NCBI GenBank assembly: GCA_051861045.1
Contig: JBHYDI010000007.1
Location: forward strand, 87,722-151,721
Reading direction: 5' to 3'
Source of the DNA: Allorhizobium sp.
GTDB taxonomy: Bacteria; Pseudomonadota; Alphaproteobacteria; Rhizobiales; Rhizobiaceae
Length of the DNA: 64,000 nucleotides
The number at the start of each line of letters is the position of its first letter. Position 1 is the first letter of the stretch. The notes under the pieces are model-generated. The model was not told the DNA's origin. It worked only from the letters and a program-made list of their open reading frames with translations, and did no database searches. Below are positions 44,395-53,491 of this stretch, one piece after another. The position numbers and the translations under genes are program-made.

Positions 44395-44759
44395 CGGCCG
44401 AGAACCTTGCGCGCGATCTTGGTCAGGTTGTCCGCATCGAAGGGCTTGGTGAGCCAGCCCGTGGCGCCCGCTGCCTTGGCCTGCTGCTTGATGTCGCCAT
44501 CGGATTCGGTGGTGAGAAAGATCACCGGCGTTCCCATATAGGCGGGCAACTGGCGCAGGCTGCGGATCATGGTGAGCCCGTCCATGTTCGGCATGTTCAG
44601 GTCGGTAACGATCAGGTCGAAGTTGCCGGACTTGATCTTCTGCAGACCATCGGCACCATCAACGGCCTCGGTCACGTTGTAGCCGGCATTGGTGAGTGCG
44701 ATCCGGGTGGTCATTCGGATGCTGGCGGAATCGTCTACGGTGAGAATGTTGGCACTCAT
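44391..44759 (-). CDS. cheY: CheY-like single-domain response regulator
   Basis: VDDS, TDLNMPNMDG, FLTTES, KPF. Confidence 0.95.
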   Translation of the reverse strand: MSANILTVDDSASIRMTTRIALTNAGYNVTEAVDGADGLQKIKSGNFDLIVTDLNMPNMDGLTMIRSLRQLPAYMGTPVIFLTTESDGDIKQQAKAAGATGWLTKPFDADNLTKIARKVLGR

Positions 44760-45082
44760 CTCTGGTCTCCGTTCATGGTCGTCAGGGAACCACCGCCAAG
44801 TGCGGCGGAAAGGCCCGCCCGTTCTAGCGTGGTGAAAAAAGCACTTTTCGGGGTTGCGTGGATGCGAAGGTCAACGCCGTCCCTGGCGGCCATCGATTGC
44901 GCCGACAGCAAAAGCTGCGGCAAGGTGAGGTCGCATTCGCAATCGTCAGCAATATCGATTTTCAGTGGGCGTTTTGTTCGCTTCGCATCCTGGAAAGCGA
45001 GATGCAGCTGCTCGTGTGTTTCCGTTGCCGTCTTGATGGTGAGTACGCCTTCCAGTCGGAGCGTCGTCAATTCCTCGGTCAT
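44756..45082 (-). CDS. STAS-domain protein of the chemosensory operon
   Basis: LRLEGVLTI..DLTLPQLLLSA; ATGA overlaps at both ends. Confidence 0.75.
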   Translation of the reverse strand: MTEELTTLRLEGVLTIKTATETHEQLHLAFQDAKRTKRPLKIDIADDCECDLTLPQLLLSAQSMAARDGVDLRIHATPKSAFFTTLERAGLSAALGGGSLTTMNGDQR

Positions 45083-46167
45083 GCTACTGTTTCCAATGTC
45101 GTGATGGTCCGAACGGTGGTTGGTGATCCGTCACCGGGCACTGCCGGCTTGGTATAAAGCGCCCGGATCGCCGGCCATTTTCGGTCGAAGGCGGCGACGC
45201 AGGCGGGGTCGAAATGGGCTCCGCTGCCTCTCAGGATTTCGCGGTGGGCTTCATCCACCGGCCAAGCCTTTTTGTAAGGGCGCTCCGAGCACAGGGCGTC
45301 GAAAACATCGGCAACGGCGACGATCCTGCCTTCGATCGGGATGTCTTCGCCGGACAGTTTTTGCGGGTAGCCCGTGCCGTCCCATTTTTCGTGGTGGCTT
45401 CCGGCGATGGTGGCAGCGATACGGATGATATCGGAATCACTGCCTTCGAGAATCTCGGCACCGAAGGCGGCATGCGCACGCATATCGTCCATCTCTCTGG
45501 CGTCGAGGGGCCCGGTCTTCAGCAGAATGGCGTCGGAAACGCCGATCTTGCCGACGTCGTGCAGGGGGCTTGCCATGGAGATCATCTCGCAGGTGGGGCG
45601 GTCAAAGCCGATTTCTTCCGCGATCAGCCCGGCAATGACCGCGACACGCTCAAGGTGCAGGGCAGTTTCGCCATCCCGACAGGCCATGGCTTTTGACAGG
45701 CGCCAGATAATCTCCCGCTCCTGGGCGGCGATCCGGGCGCGGGCTGCCGCCACGTCTCTCTCGAGTGACTTGGCATGGCTCGCCAAAGCCTGTTGGGCCT
45801 TGCGCAAGGCGAGGAGATTGCGAACCCGGATTGTGAACTCTGTCTGATCGATCGGCTTGGTCAGAAACTCTGTCGCACCTGCCGCGATCGCAGCAATCTT
45901 GATTGTCGGATCAGTTTCCGAAGTCAGCATAATGACCGGTACGTCCCGAGCATTTGACAAGGCCCTGACGCGAGAAATCAGTTCGATGCCGTCCATGCCT
46001 GGCATGTTGTAGTCGACGAGGATCAGATCGGCCTGTGTCGTCTGGAGCACGCTCAGTGCATCCAGGGGATCAAGGAACGACAGGACGCCACACGCATCGA
46101 TCTCAGCAACCGCGCGCTGGATAAAGGATAAAATTGACGGACTATCGTCTATTGCGAATATGCGCAT
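45079..46167 (-). CDS. REC-HD-GYP response regulator (RpfG-like cyclic-di-GMP phosphodiesterase)
   Basis: REC IDDS/VDYNMPG/TKP; HLERV, LHDVGKIG, HHEKWDGTGYP, VADVFDAL..RPYK. Confidence 0.95.
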   Translation of the reverse strand: MRIFAIDDSPSILSFIQRAVAEIDACGVLSFLDPLDALSVLQTTQADLILVDYNMPGMDGIELISRVRALSNARDVPVIMLTSETDPTIKIAAIAAGATEFLTKPIDQTEFTIRVRNLLALRKAQQALASHAKSLERDVAAARARIAAQEREIIWRLSKAMACRDGETALHLERVAVIAGLIAEEIGFDRPTCEMISMASPLHDVGKIGVSDAILLKTGPLDAREMDDMRAHAAFGAEILEGSDSDIIRIAATIAGSHHEKWDGTGYPQKLSGEDIPIEGRIVAVADVFDALCSERPYKKAWPVDEAHREILRGSGAHFDPACVAAFDRKWPAIRALYTKPAVPGDGSPTTVRTITTLETVA

Positions 46168-46305
46168 GATCTTCCCTCGGCCGCCAAATACTATTTGGGC
46201 GGCGGGACAGTTTTATATTGTTGATTTTCGTGAGATCCGCGTCATGCGGCTTGATGTGGCTGCGTGATCCAGCCCTGAACATGCAGCAAGACTGCAGGCT
46301 GCATG

Positions 46306-46320
46306 TTAACGCAGACTTAA
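46306..46320 (-). promoter_or_regulatory. CtrA-binding box upstream of the chemosensory operon
   Basis: Minus strand TTAA-GTCTGCG-TTAAC, an exact TTAA-N7-TTAAC, about 140 bp upstream of the first ATG. Confidence 0.65.
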
Positions 46321-46397
46321 GCGTGTATTTTTTTAAAGGGTACGACCAATGTTATGCGTCCCAGCGACGGCTTTGCGTATTTGTGATCGACCGGTTG

Positions 46398-47366
46398 TCA
46401 TTCCAGGTCTTCGCGGCCTTTGCGGGTATCGGACGGCGCTTTTCCATATTGCGCGCGATAGCGGGCGGCAAAATACCCCATGTGTCGGAAGCCCCAGCGT
46501 GAGGCGATTTTCTCGATGCTTTCCTCCCCCGTTCCAGCAAGCAAATCATTATGGACGCGGCTGAGGCGCATCTGAAGAATGTAAGCGTTGGGGGTTGTCG
46601 ACAGATGATGCCTGAACGAATTCTGCAGTGTCCGAATGCTGGCGCCGGATCGGCGTGCCAACTCTTCGATGGCGAAATCCTGATCGGCATGTCGCTCGAG
46701 CCAGTCGATCGCGCGCTCAAGATGGCGGGGCAAGGTAGATCGCTCATCGGACCTGATCTCCTCCCTGGGCCAGAGACTGACGAACATCATGATTAGAGCA
46801 TCGCGGATCAGTGCGGGCGTGCCTGTGGTATCCGGACCCATCCCATTCGGGTCGAGTCCAGACAAAAGGTGTGCTGCTATCTGGTGGATGATGTCGATGC
46901 CTGCAGCGGTCGCAACATGAGCTTGCAGTGCAGCCAGGCCCCATCCGGCGCTTCCGTGGCTGCGGTTGATGTGCGGAGCCACCTGCTCGAACGGGATGAC
47001 CACGGAGAGTTTACGGGAACCTGGACATGCCGTCACCGTAACCTTTCGCGTGTCCTTTATCAGCACGGCACCACGGGCCGGAGCTTCGATCTCTTCATCT
47101 GCCGATTGAAAACAGAATCGGCCCTCTTCGATGAAATGGAGCTCAACTTGGTGGTGCTTCGGACATCCATAACGCACCCCGTATCCGGAGCTGGTCGAGA
47201 TCCGCCAAAGCGTAATGTTGCAGACCGAGGTGATGTTCGCCTGGATGTCAAACGGACCGGCTTCCTTGAGCCGCCAGAACTCCGACGGACGGAAAGTCTT
47301 CGCAGAGATTGACTGCGTCTCAAGTTCGTCTTGCGAACTTATACTGTACATCTTTAAGTCGGTCAC
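46398..47366 (-). CDS. AraC-family transcriptional regulator
   Basis: IEELARRSGASIRTLQNSF..IASRWGFRHMGYFAARYRAQYG..PS; more A/T-ending codons than core genes. Confidence 0.9.
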   Translation of the reverse strand: MTDLKMYSISSQDELETQSISAKTFRPSEFWRLKEAGPFDIQANITSVCNITLWRISTSSGYGVRYGCPKHHQVELHFIEEGRFCFQSADEEIEAPARGAVLIKDTRKVTVTACPGSRKLSVVIPFEQVAPHINRSHGSAGWGLAALQAHVATAAGIDIIHQIAAHLLSGLDPNGMGPDTTGTPALIRDALIMMFVSLWPREEIRSDERSTLPRHLERAIDWLERHADQDFAIEELARRSGASIRTLQNSFRHHLSTTPNAYILQMRLSRVHNDLLAGTGEESIEKIASRWGFRHMGYFAARYRAQYGKAPSDTRKGREDLE

Positions 47367-47550
47367 GGATCAATGCGGCAAGTTGGAATGTTTGCGCTAA
47401 ATATAGGTGTCATATATAAATAGTATAGCTTGCAACATGCCTCACGGCCAGTGCTCGCTTTGGCTTTTTTTGTACGTGCTTGACGGAAGATTGATTTGAG
47501 CCGCTGCGAATGCCCGGCACAGAACAGCGTTCGTGTTCGCTGTTTGGCAT

Positions 47551-47770
47551 GGACGTTCACCTCTTCCGCAAGCTGGAGGTCGAGCCGGCTCCCATGCTGC
47601 TCGCCTTCATCCTCGGGCCGGTGATGCAACAATTCCTGCGCCGGACGTTTTTCGTCTCCAAAAGCGCCCCAGCATCCTTTCCACCCGGCCGCTGAGTGCT
47701 GGCCTGCTCTTGATGGTTGTTCTGCCATCGGTCAGAAAGAAGCGCGAAGAAGCATTCCAGAATGGGTACC
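47551..47770 (+). pseudogene. frameshifted 3' remnant of tripartite tricarboxylate transporter TctA
   Basis: Two frames give FRKLEVEPAPMLLAFILGPVMQQFLRR and TRPLSAGLLLMVVLPSVRKKREEAFQ, matching the TctA C-terminus; rest of gene absent. Confidence 0.7.
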
Positions 47771-47862
47771 GGAGCAAGGAAGAAGCGGTAACCGCTGGGC
47801 AATCTTCCGCGAGACGTGCACACAGAGAGACCCGGGTGAATATCGAAACAGCGAGCTGAACT

Positions 47863-47920
47863 GCGGTTCGACTATTCGGGATCGGTTGCCGAACATCGGG
47901 GGTGGTCGAACCGCGCTTTT
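47863..47920 (+). terminator. hairpin plus T-run downstream of the tctA remnant
   Basis: gcggttcgac..gtcgaaccgc 10-bp stem with inner ttcgg/ccgaa, then gctttt. Confidence 0.4.
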
Positions 47921-48086
47921 GGATTTTGTGATGGTTGATGCACGTCCAGCAAAGCTAAGACGGGCCAGCAAATCCTTACCCAGAGCCCTTGCGGTCGGAC
48001 CCGACGGCGCAGTTGATCGCGCCCAAGGGTGGTCTAATCCGGGAGCCAGATTTCCGCTCCGCCGTCTCGCGTGGCGCAGTCGTGAA

Positions 48087-49565
48087 ATGAATGTCATCTC
48101 CTCAACTGGTCTGAACCGCATGGACAATTTCTCCGAACCGGCAAGCCAAAGGGTCGTCGGTTATGCCGCTGGCTTGGGTTCCCAGGTGAGGCGATGGGGA
48201 ACTGGGTTGAACAGAGATCCCCTTGCAGAGACGCTTGCCTCGCATTTTGGCCAGACGACGCGGTTGGCGGGTCCGATCCTCATGGGCCATCTCTCAAACT
48301 TCGCGATGACCACGACGACTTTGCTTCTCTTTGGCTGGATGGGCAGTGGTTCACTCGCAGCAGCGGGGCTTGCGATCCGTGTGGCTGTCAGCACGAATAT
48401 TCTGGCAGGTATTCTTCTTGTCGTCGGCGTTGTCGCCTCGAGTGCGAACGGGGGGCGGGACACCAAGCGAGTTTCCGGTGTTTATTGGAACGGCCTCTAC
48501 CTGGCATTTGCCCTGTCGGTGCTATCCTTTATCTGGATGACTGTTGCGCCCGGCCTGCTTGCCGTCCTTGGCCAACCTCCAGAAGTCGTGGCTGAAGCAG
48601 AACGAATTCTTCACATCTTGCGTTGGGGCGAACCAGCAAATCTGCTGCGTCTCGGGTTGATGCGCACCATGCTCCCAGCCCTTGGCATGACATGGATCCT
48701 CTATGCCCTTACGCCAGTCTCTTTGCTGTTTTATGCAATCGCAGGGTATGCGCTTGTTTCAGGCTTTCATGGCTTCGCACCGATGGGTGTTGTCGGAATT
48801 CCAGTCGCTCTGGTTGGAACGATATGGCTGACGGCGCTGGTCATGCTGGCTGCCGTCCACTTCGGGCCGAGCCGTTCCCTTATCCCCTTCACACGGATCC
48901 GATGGTCGCTCCTGTGGGAGCTTTTTCGGACTGGCCTGCCAATAGGAACCCTGCAGGGCGTTGACGGGATTTTCTTCCTGATTGCCACAGTCGTTGTCGG
49001 ACAGTTCGGGGCGGCTGCGCTCGCAGCGCACCAGATCGCATTGAACTTCGGCACCATCGCCTATTCGCTGGCGGTGTCGTTCGGTGACGCCGCAGCATTG
49101 CGCATCAGTTATCGGCGAGGGGCACTGGTTTTCAAGGATGCTCGGATCGCAGGCTTTGTTGGCGTCACCCTGGGCACGGTCTCGATGGCGGCTGCTGGAC
49201 TTGTTGTTCTCTCCTTTCCGAACCTCTTCATCGGTTTGTTCATCGACATCGCCGATCCCCGCAATGCTGCAACGCTGGCAGCGTCTCAGTCCCTGGTGCT
49301 CTTTGCCAGTCTCTTCATCTTCGCAGACGGGGTCTATGGGACCGGGATGGGCGTGCTTCGGGGACTGGGGGATAACCGCTACGCAATGGTGGTGGTGATC
49401 GTCGTCTACTGGGGTATCGGGCTCCCTCTGGGTGCGGCCTATCATCTGCTCGTTGGCTTCGGAATTGAGGAGGTCTGGTTGGGGCTTGCGACGTTGCAAG
49501 GCCTGATCGGGTTGGTCCTGATAAAGCGCTATGCCAAAGTCACGCGGCAGGATCCAAATGAGTGA
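48087..49565 (+). CDS. MATE-family efflux transporter
   Basis: About 12 TM; LAGPI, GLPIG, LAAHQIALN, ADG..GVLRGLGD; start uncertain (48087 or 48120). Confidence 0.88.
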   Translation: MNVISSTGLNRMDNFSEPASQRVVGYAAGLGSQVRRWGTGLNRDPLAETLASHFGQTTRLAGPILMGHLSNFAMTTTTLLLFGWMGSGSLAAAGLAIRVAVSTNILAGILLVVGVVASSANGGRDTKRVSGVYWNGLYLAFALSVLSFIWMTVAPGLLAVLGQPPEVVAEAERILHILRWGEPANLLRLGLMRTMLPALGMTWILYALTPVSLLFYAIAGYALVSGFHGFAPMGVVGIPVALVGTIWLTALVMLAAVHFGPSRSLIPFTRIRWSLLWELFRTGLPIGTLQGVDGIFFLIATVVVGQFGAAALAAHQIALNFGTIAYSLAVSFGDAAALRISYRRGALVFKDARIAGFVGVTLGTVSMAAAGLVVLSFPNLFIGLFIDIADPRNAATLAASQSLVLFASLFIFADGVYGTGMGVLRGLGDNRYAMVVVIVVYWGIGLPLGAAYHLLVGFGIEEVWLGLATLQGLIGLVLIKRYAKVTRQDPNE

Positions 49566-50688
49566 AGAGGAAATGGGTCCCGGAAAAACGGCACTGCATC
49601 ACGACCAGACGTGCTGCGTTCCAGAGCAGGTGCCGCCAGTTGATGCTGCGGATCTTGTCAGTCTGGCGGCTGCAGGAATGCCGATCCTGACCGGGCACGA
49701 GCCGGTTAATGTGGTTAAACGGTCTGTACCTCCCTTGTACGGGTCTCTGGATCGTCTCACTGGACTGCATCGTCGGGGTAGGCAGAAATGGACCACCGTG
49801 CCTGACAACATGCGCGGGTCGATCCTCTTCATCCTGTCGGTTGTGCTGTTCTGTATCATGATGGTTGCCATCAAGGAGATCGGCACGGGGCTGCCGTTGC
49901 CTCAGATATTGCTGATCCGCCAGGTGATCCTGACCGTGATACTTCTGCCGTTGCTGCCTGGTGGCATCTCGCGTGCACTCAAGACCCAATACCTGGGGAG
50001 ACACCTGCTGCGAGGGCTCGTCTGTCTCGGTTCGCAATACACCTATTTTCTGGCGCTTCTCTATCTGCCGCTCGCCGATATGACAGCACTCGGCTTCAGT
50101 CAGGTCATCTTCATGACCATTGCCGCCGTCGTTGTTCTCAAGGAAAACGTGGGTTGGCGGCGGTGGCTGGCAACAATGGTCGGCTTCGTTGGCGTCCTTA
50201 TCATGCTGAGACCGAGCAGCGGGACCATCGACGTCTATTCGCTGGTCGCTGTCTTGAGTGCGCTGCTTCTATGTGGTGTGACCATATCGATCCGGTTGAT
50301 GGCCAGGACCGAGGCGACTGAAACGGTGATGCTCTATCAATCCTTCGTGCTCTGCACGGCCTATGCGGTGCCGAGCATTGTGTGGTGGCAGTGGCCCAGC
50401 CAGAAGGAATGGATGCTCCTGGCAGTCATCGGCATCGTCGGAACGTTGGGACAGTATCTGTTCACGCTTGCATTTCGGGTGGCGGAGGCATCGGCGCTCG
50501 CACCTCTTGAATTCACCCGGCTTCTGATTGCCATAGTCCTTGGCTACTTGGTCTTTAGCGAGATACCGGAGCTATCGACCATGCTGGGTGCGCTGATTGT
50601 CATGGGCTCGACGATTTACACGGTGCGGAGAAATTCGCGGCATGAAGACAACCATGGACAGAAAGCGTTCCACGAATCAGGGCCGTAG
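49558..50688 (+). CDS. DMT/EamA-family transporter with long N-terminal extension
   Basis: Two EamA repeats (LKENVGWRRW..VGFVGVLIMLRP; AEASALAPLEF); overlaps the MATE stop by 8 bp. Confidence 0.88.
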   Translation: MSEEEMGPGKTALHHDQTCCVPEQVPPVDAADLVSLAAAGMPILTGHEPVNVVKRSVPPLYGSLDRLTGLHRRGRQKWTTVPDNMRGSILFILSVVLFCIMMVAIKEIGTGLPLPQILLIRQVILTVILLPLLPGGISRALKTQYLGRHLLRGLVCLGSQYTYFLALLYLPLADMTALGFSQVIFMTIAAVVVLKENVGWRRWLATMVGFVGVLIMLRPSSGTIDVYSLVAVLSALLLCGVTISIRLMARTEATETVMLYQSFVLCTAYAVPSIVWWQWPSQKEWMLLAVIGIVGTLGQYLFTLAFRVAEASALAPLEFTRLLIAIVLGYLVFSEIPELSTMLGALIVMGSTIYTVRRNSRHEDNHGQKAFHESGP

Positions 50689-50701
50689 GACGCCGGCCCT
50701 C

Positions 50702-51652
50702 TCAGCACGCGACCTTGGCCAGCTTGCTGGCCATCGGAATGCTTTCCATATGGGTGTCGATCAGACAATCGACGAAGCGGCGCGCGAGCTTGAATTCGCT
50801 GGAACTCGGTCCCGTCACTGCTGCGATGGCGTGCACCTTTCGGGTAAGATCCTGACGCAGCACCCGCAGCATGCCGGTTTCTACATGCGGCTGAGCCACG
50901 TGGTCAGGCAGATAGCCGATATTGCGGCCAGACAGGATCAGCGTCATATGAGCATGCGCGCCGTATCCAATGTCACCGCGGGTCGCAGCATTCCGGATCC
51001 GTTCGGGATGGAAGTGTTCGAGATGGCCGCGATTGGCATAGACAGCATTTTCGATCTGCTCCATCGTGATGTCTGAATCGCGGATGTGAAACAGCGGATG
51101 CGCCCGACCGCAATAGATCGCTGCCGCTTCCGGAAACAGCGGTTCGAAGGTCAGTTGGCTGAAGTGGTCGTCGGTCAGGCCGATCCCGACGTGAATGAGG
51201 CCGTCCGCCACATGGCCCGTCATCTGAAATCCCAGCATCACTTCCAGCTTGAAGCGCGCATTCGGATAATACTCAGCCAAACGACTGATGGCCTCTGCAA
51301 TGCGTGAACGCGGATTGTCCACGATATGGTCCTGGACGCCGATGATCAGTTCATGTCCGGCACTGTCATTGAGATTGGATGCACGCTGCTTGAAGCTCTC
51401 GACCGAGGCAAACAGGTCCTTGGCGGCCTGATAGACCACCTCGCCTTCATGATAGAGTTTGAATCCCTTCGGACCACGTTGGCAGAGCCGGACACCGAGA
51501 CGGATTTCCAGCGATTTCAGATACTCGCTCAGCATGGACTGCGAGAGGTTCAAGACCGACTGAGCAGCCGTAAAGCTGCCTTCCTCCACGATCGTGCAAA
51601 AGCAACGCAGCAGTTTGAGGTCTACATCGTATATCTGGGACAAATTCGACAT
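50702..51652 (-). CDS. LysR-family transcriptional regulator
   Basis: DLKLLRCF..EEGSFTAAQ..LSQS.LS..LE.RLG..LC.RG; divergent from the monooxygenase operon. Confidence 0.93.
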   Translation of the reverse strand: MSNLSQIYDVDLKLLRCFCTIVEEGSFTAAQSVLNLSQSMLSEYLKSLEIRLGVRLCQRGPKGFKLYHEGEVVYQAAKDLFASVESFKQRASNLNDSAGHELIIGVQDHIVDNPRSRIAEAISRLAEYYPNARFKLEVMLGFQMTGHVADGLIHVGIGLTDDHFSQLTFEPLFPEAAAIYCGRAHPLFHIRDSDITMEQIENAVYANRGHLEHFHPERIRNAATRGDIGYGAHAHMTLILSGRNIGYLPDHVAQPHVETGMLRVLRQDLTRKVHAIAAVTGPSSSEFKLARRFVDCLIDTHMESIPMASKLAKVAC

Positions 51653-51696
51653 TGCAAACCAGTTCTGACTGTTTGAGCCGCCCTAGTAAGGTCCTC

Positions 51697-51712
51697 AGCA
51701 AAGATTGTGCCA
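51697..51712 (-). promoter_or_regulatory. sigma54 (-24/-12) promoter of the LysR gene
   Basis: Minus strand TGGCACAATCTTTGCT, exact TGGCAC-N5-TTGC(A/T), about 45 bp upstream of ATG 51652. Confidence 0.7.
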
Positions 51713-51841
51713 ACACAAGAAACGCATTTGCGATCTTTGATAAAAGTCAACTTTTCAAAGGCTTGGAATCTGTGGCGCTCAAAGGGGGGCGCAAGTGAGC
51801 CATAGCGCAAATACGCCAACTGCTCATGTAAATGGCACTGC

Positions 51842-51860
51842 TTGACCGAAATGGTGCACC
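51842..51860. promoter_or_regulatory. candidate NtrC-type enhancer site
   Basis: TTGACCGAAATGGTGCA versus TGCACC-N4-TGGTGCA (two mismatches), 130-150 bp upstream of the sigma54 motif. Confidence 0.4.
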
Positions 51861-52135
51861 GCAACAGTTTCCGGTCATGGAATGGCAGCTTGCGTGGCTT
51901 ATTCGCCAAGGCTGAAAGTCGAAAATATTCCCGGAGGCTCCCTCAACAACCGCGCAAGATACTATGATTGCTGGGAAACGACCTGTTCGAAAAGCATCCA
52001 TCTTGACCAATCAAAGCATCGAGCTTTGCCGATGGTCACCCATGCTGCACTGCGATTAACGTTCCTTCAACCCCTGTAACTGCCAGCAATCCTCAGGCTG
52101 CGGCAGGTCTGACGGCCGCAAGGAAACAGAGCAAA

Positions 52136-53437
52136 ATGTCGAAGAGCTTTCACCTCGCCTGGTTCATGAATTTCTCGGTCGATGACTGGAATGCTCCGTT
52201 TTCGGCCGGTGGAAAGCCTTGGGATGGAAACTTCTATGTCGACATGGCAAAGGCGATGGAACGCGCCTGTTTCGACTACATCATGCTCGAAGACACGTTG
52301 ATGATCTCGGAAGCATATGGCCACAGCATGGAGGTCTACCTCAAGCATGCTCTGATGGGGCCGAAGAGCGATCCCATGCCGCTTGCGGCACTGATCGCCA
52401 GCAAGACAAGCAATCTCGGCGTTGTCGCCACCATGTCGACCATGGCCTATCCGCCCTTCATGCTCGCTCGTCTCTGTGCGACGGTCGACAGCATTTCCGG
52501 CGGGCGGTTCGGGTGGAATATCGTGACAAGCGGCGAAAATCTAGCCGCCCAGAATTTTGGAATGGACGAGCTACCGCCACGCCAGGACCGCTATGACATG
52601 GCCGACGAATATGTCGAACTCTGCAAGCAGCTCTGGGGCAGTTGGGACCAGGATGCCGTCGTGCTCGACCGTGAGACCGGCACCTATGCCGACTACCGCA
52701 AGGTCAGACCCATCAATTTCGTTGGCAAATACTACAAGTGCCGCGGGCCGCTGAACTGCGTGCCGGGGCCCCAAGGACGCCCGACCTTCGTGCAGGCAGG
52801 GGGATCGACGCGCGGTCGCCAGTTCGCGGCGATGACCGCCGACAGCATTATTGCAGCCGCATCCGGGATCGAAGCGATGAAGGAATATCGCGATGATATT
52901 CGCGCCCGTGCGGCAGCCGGCGGGCGTGATCCGGACGAAGTGAAGGTCTTCTTCATCGTCACCCCCGTGTTGGCGGAGACGGAAGCTGCCGCCAAGGCCA
53001 AGCTCGAGGACTATATCAGCTCACCCGAATACCAGGTGAAGACGCTGGCCTCTATCAGCTCGGTCACCGATATCGACTTCTCGCAATTCGAGCTCGACGA
53101 AGAACTGCCTCGGCTGACCACCAATGGCGAACAGGGCTCGCTAGACGCCTTCGCGCAGTGGGGACGCGGCAAGACGCTGCGACAGCTGATCAGCGACCGG
53201 GCGACGCGTGGTCTCGACGGTGTCGTGGGCACGCCTGATCAGGTTGCCAAACGGCTGGGCGAGGTGATGGAAGCCGTTGGCGGTGATGGCTTCCTGATCA
53301 GTTCGCCCTTCCAGAAAGTCAGCCGTCAGTACGTCACCGAGATTTGCGAAGGCCTCGTGCCGGCCCTGCAGCGCCGTGGCCTGACACGCACGGCCTACAC
53401 GAAGCCGACGCTGCGCGAGACCCTTCGCGAGTTCTAG
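52136..53437 (+). CDS. NtaA/DmoA/SnaA-family FMN-dependent monooxygenase 1
   Basis: AKAMERACFDYIMLED, ARLCATVDSISGGRFGWNIVTS, GPLN, QAGGS..G.QFAA..AD, LVPALQRRGL, TLRE. Confidence 0.93.
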   Translation: MSKSFHLAWFMNFSVDDWNAPFSAGGKPWDGNFYVDMAKAMERACFDYIMLEDTLMISEAYGHSMEVYLKHALMGPKSDPMPLAALIASKTSNLGVVATMSTMAYPPFMLARLCATVDSISGGRFGWNIVTSGENLAAQNFGMDELPPRQDRYDMADEYVELCKQLWGSWDQDAVVLDRETGTYADYRKVRPINFVGKYYKCRGPLNCVPGPQGRPTFVQAGGSTRGRQFAAMTADSIIAAASGIEAMKEYRDDIRARAAAGGRDPDEVKVFFIVTPVLAETEAAAKAKLEDYISSPEYQVKTLASISSVTDIDFSQFELDEELPRLTTNGEQGSLDAFAQWGRGKTLRQLISDRATRGLDGVVGTPDQVAKRLGEVMEAVGGDGFLISSPFQKVSRQYVTEICEGLVPALQRRGLTRTAYTKPTLRETLREF

Positions 53438-53491
53438 GAACCCGCGCCGGGGATGAACGATCGATCTGCATCAGACAAGAGGACACCCGAC

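Noticed and set aside
33715-46167. This operon as the main flagellar chemotaxis cluster
   Set aside because: No cheD or flagellar neighbours, island location and embedded receptors point to an accessory system.
47886-48086. Long N-terminal extension of the MATE ORF (also ORF-track extensions of katG to 16667, murA to 26627, GDPD to 4192)
   Set aside because: Extensions lack family similarity; better starts lie downstream, with a clear RBS in the case of katG.
51833-51847. Plus-strand TGGCACTGCTTGAC as a sigma54 promoter for the monooxygenase operon
   Set aside because: No GC at the required GG-N10-GC spacing.
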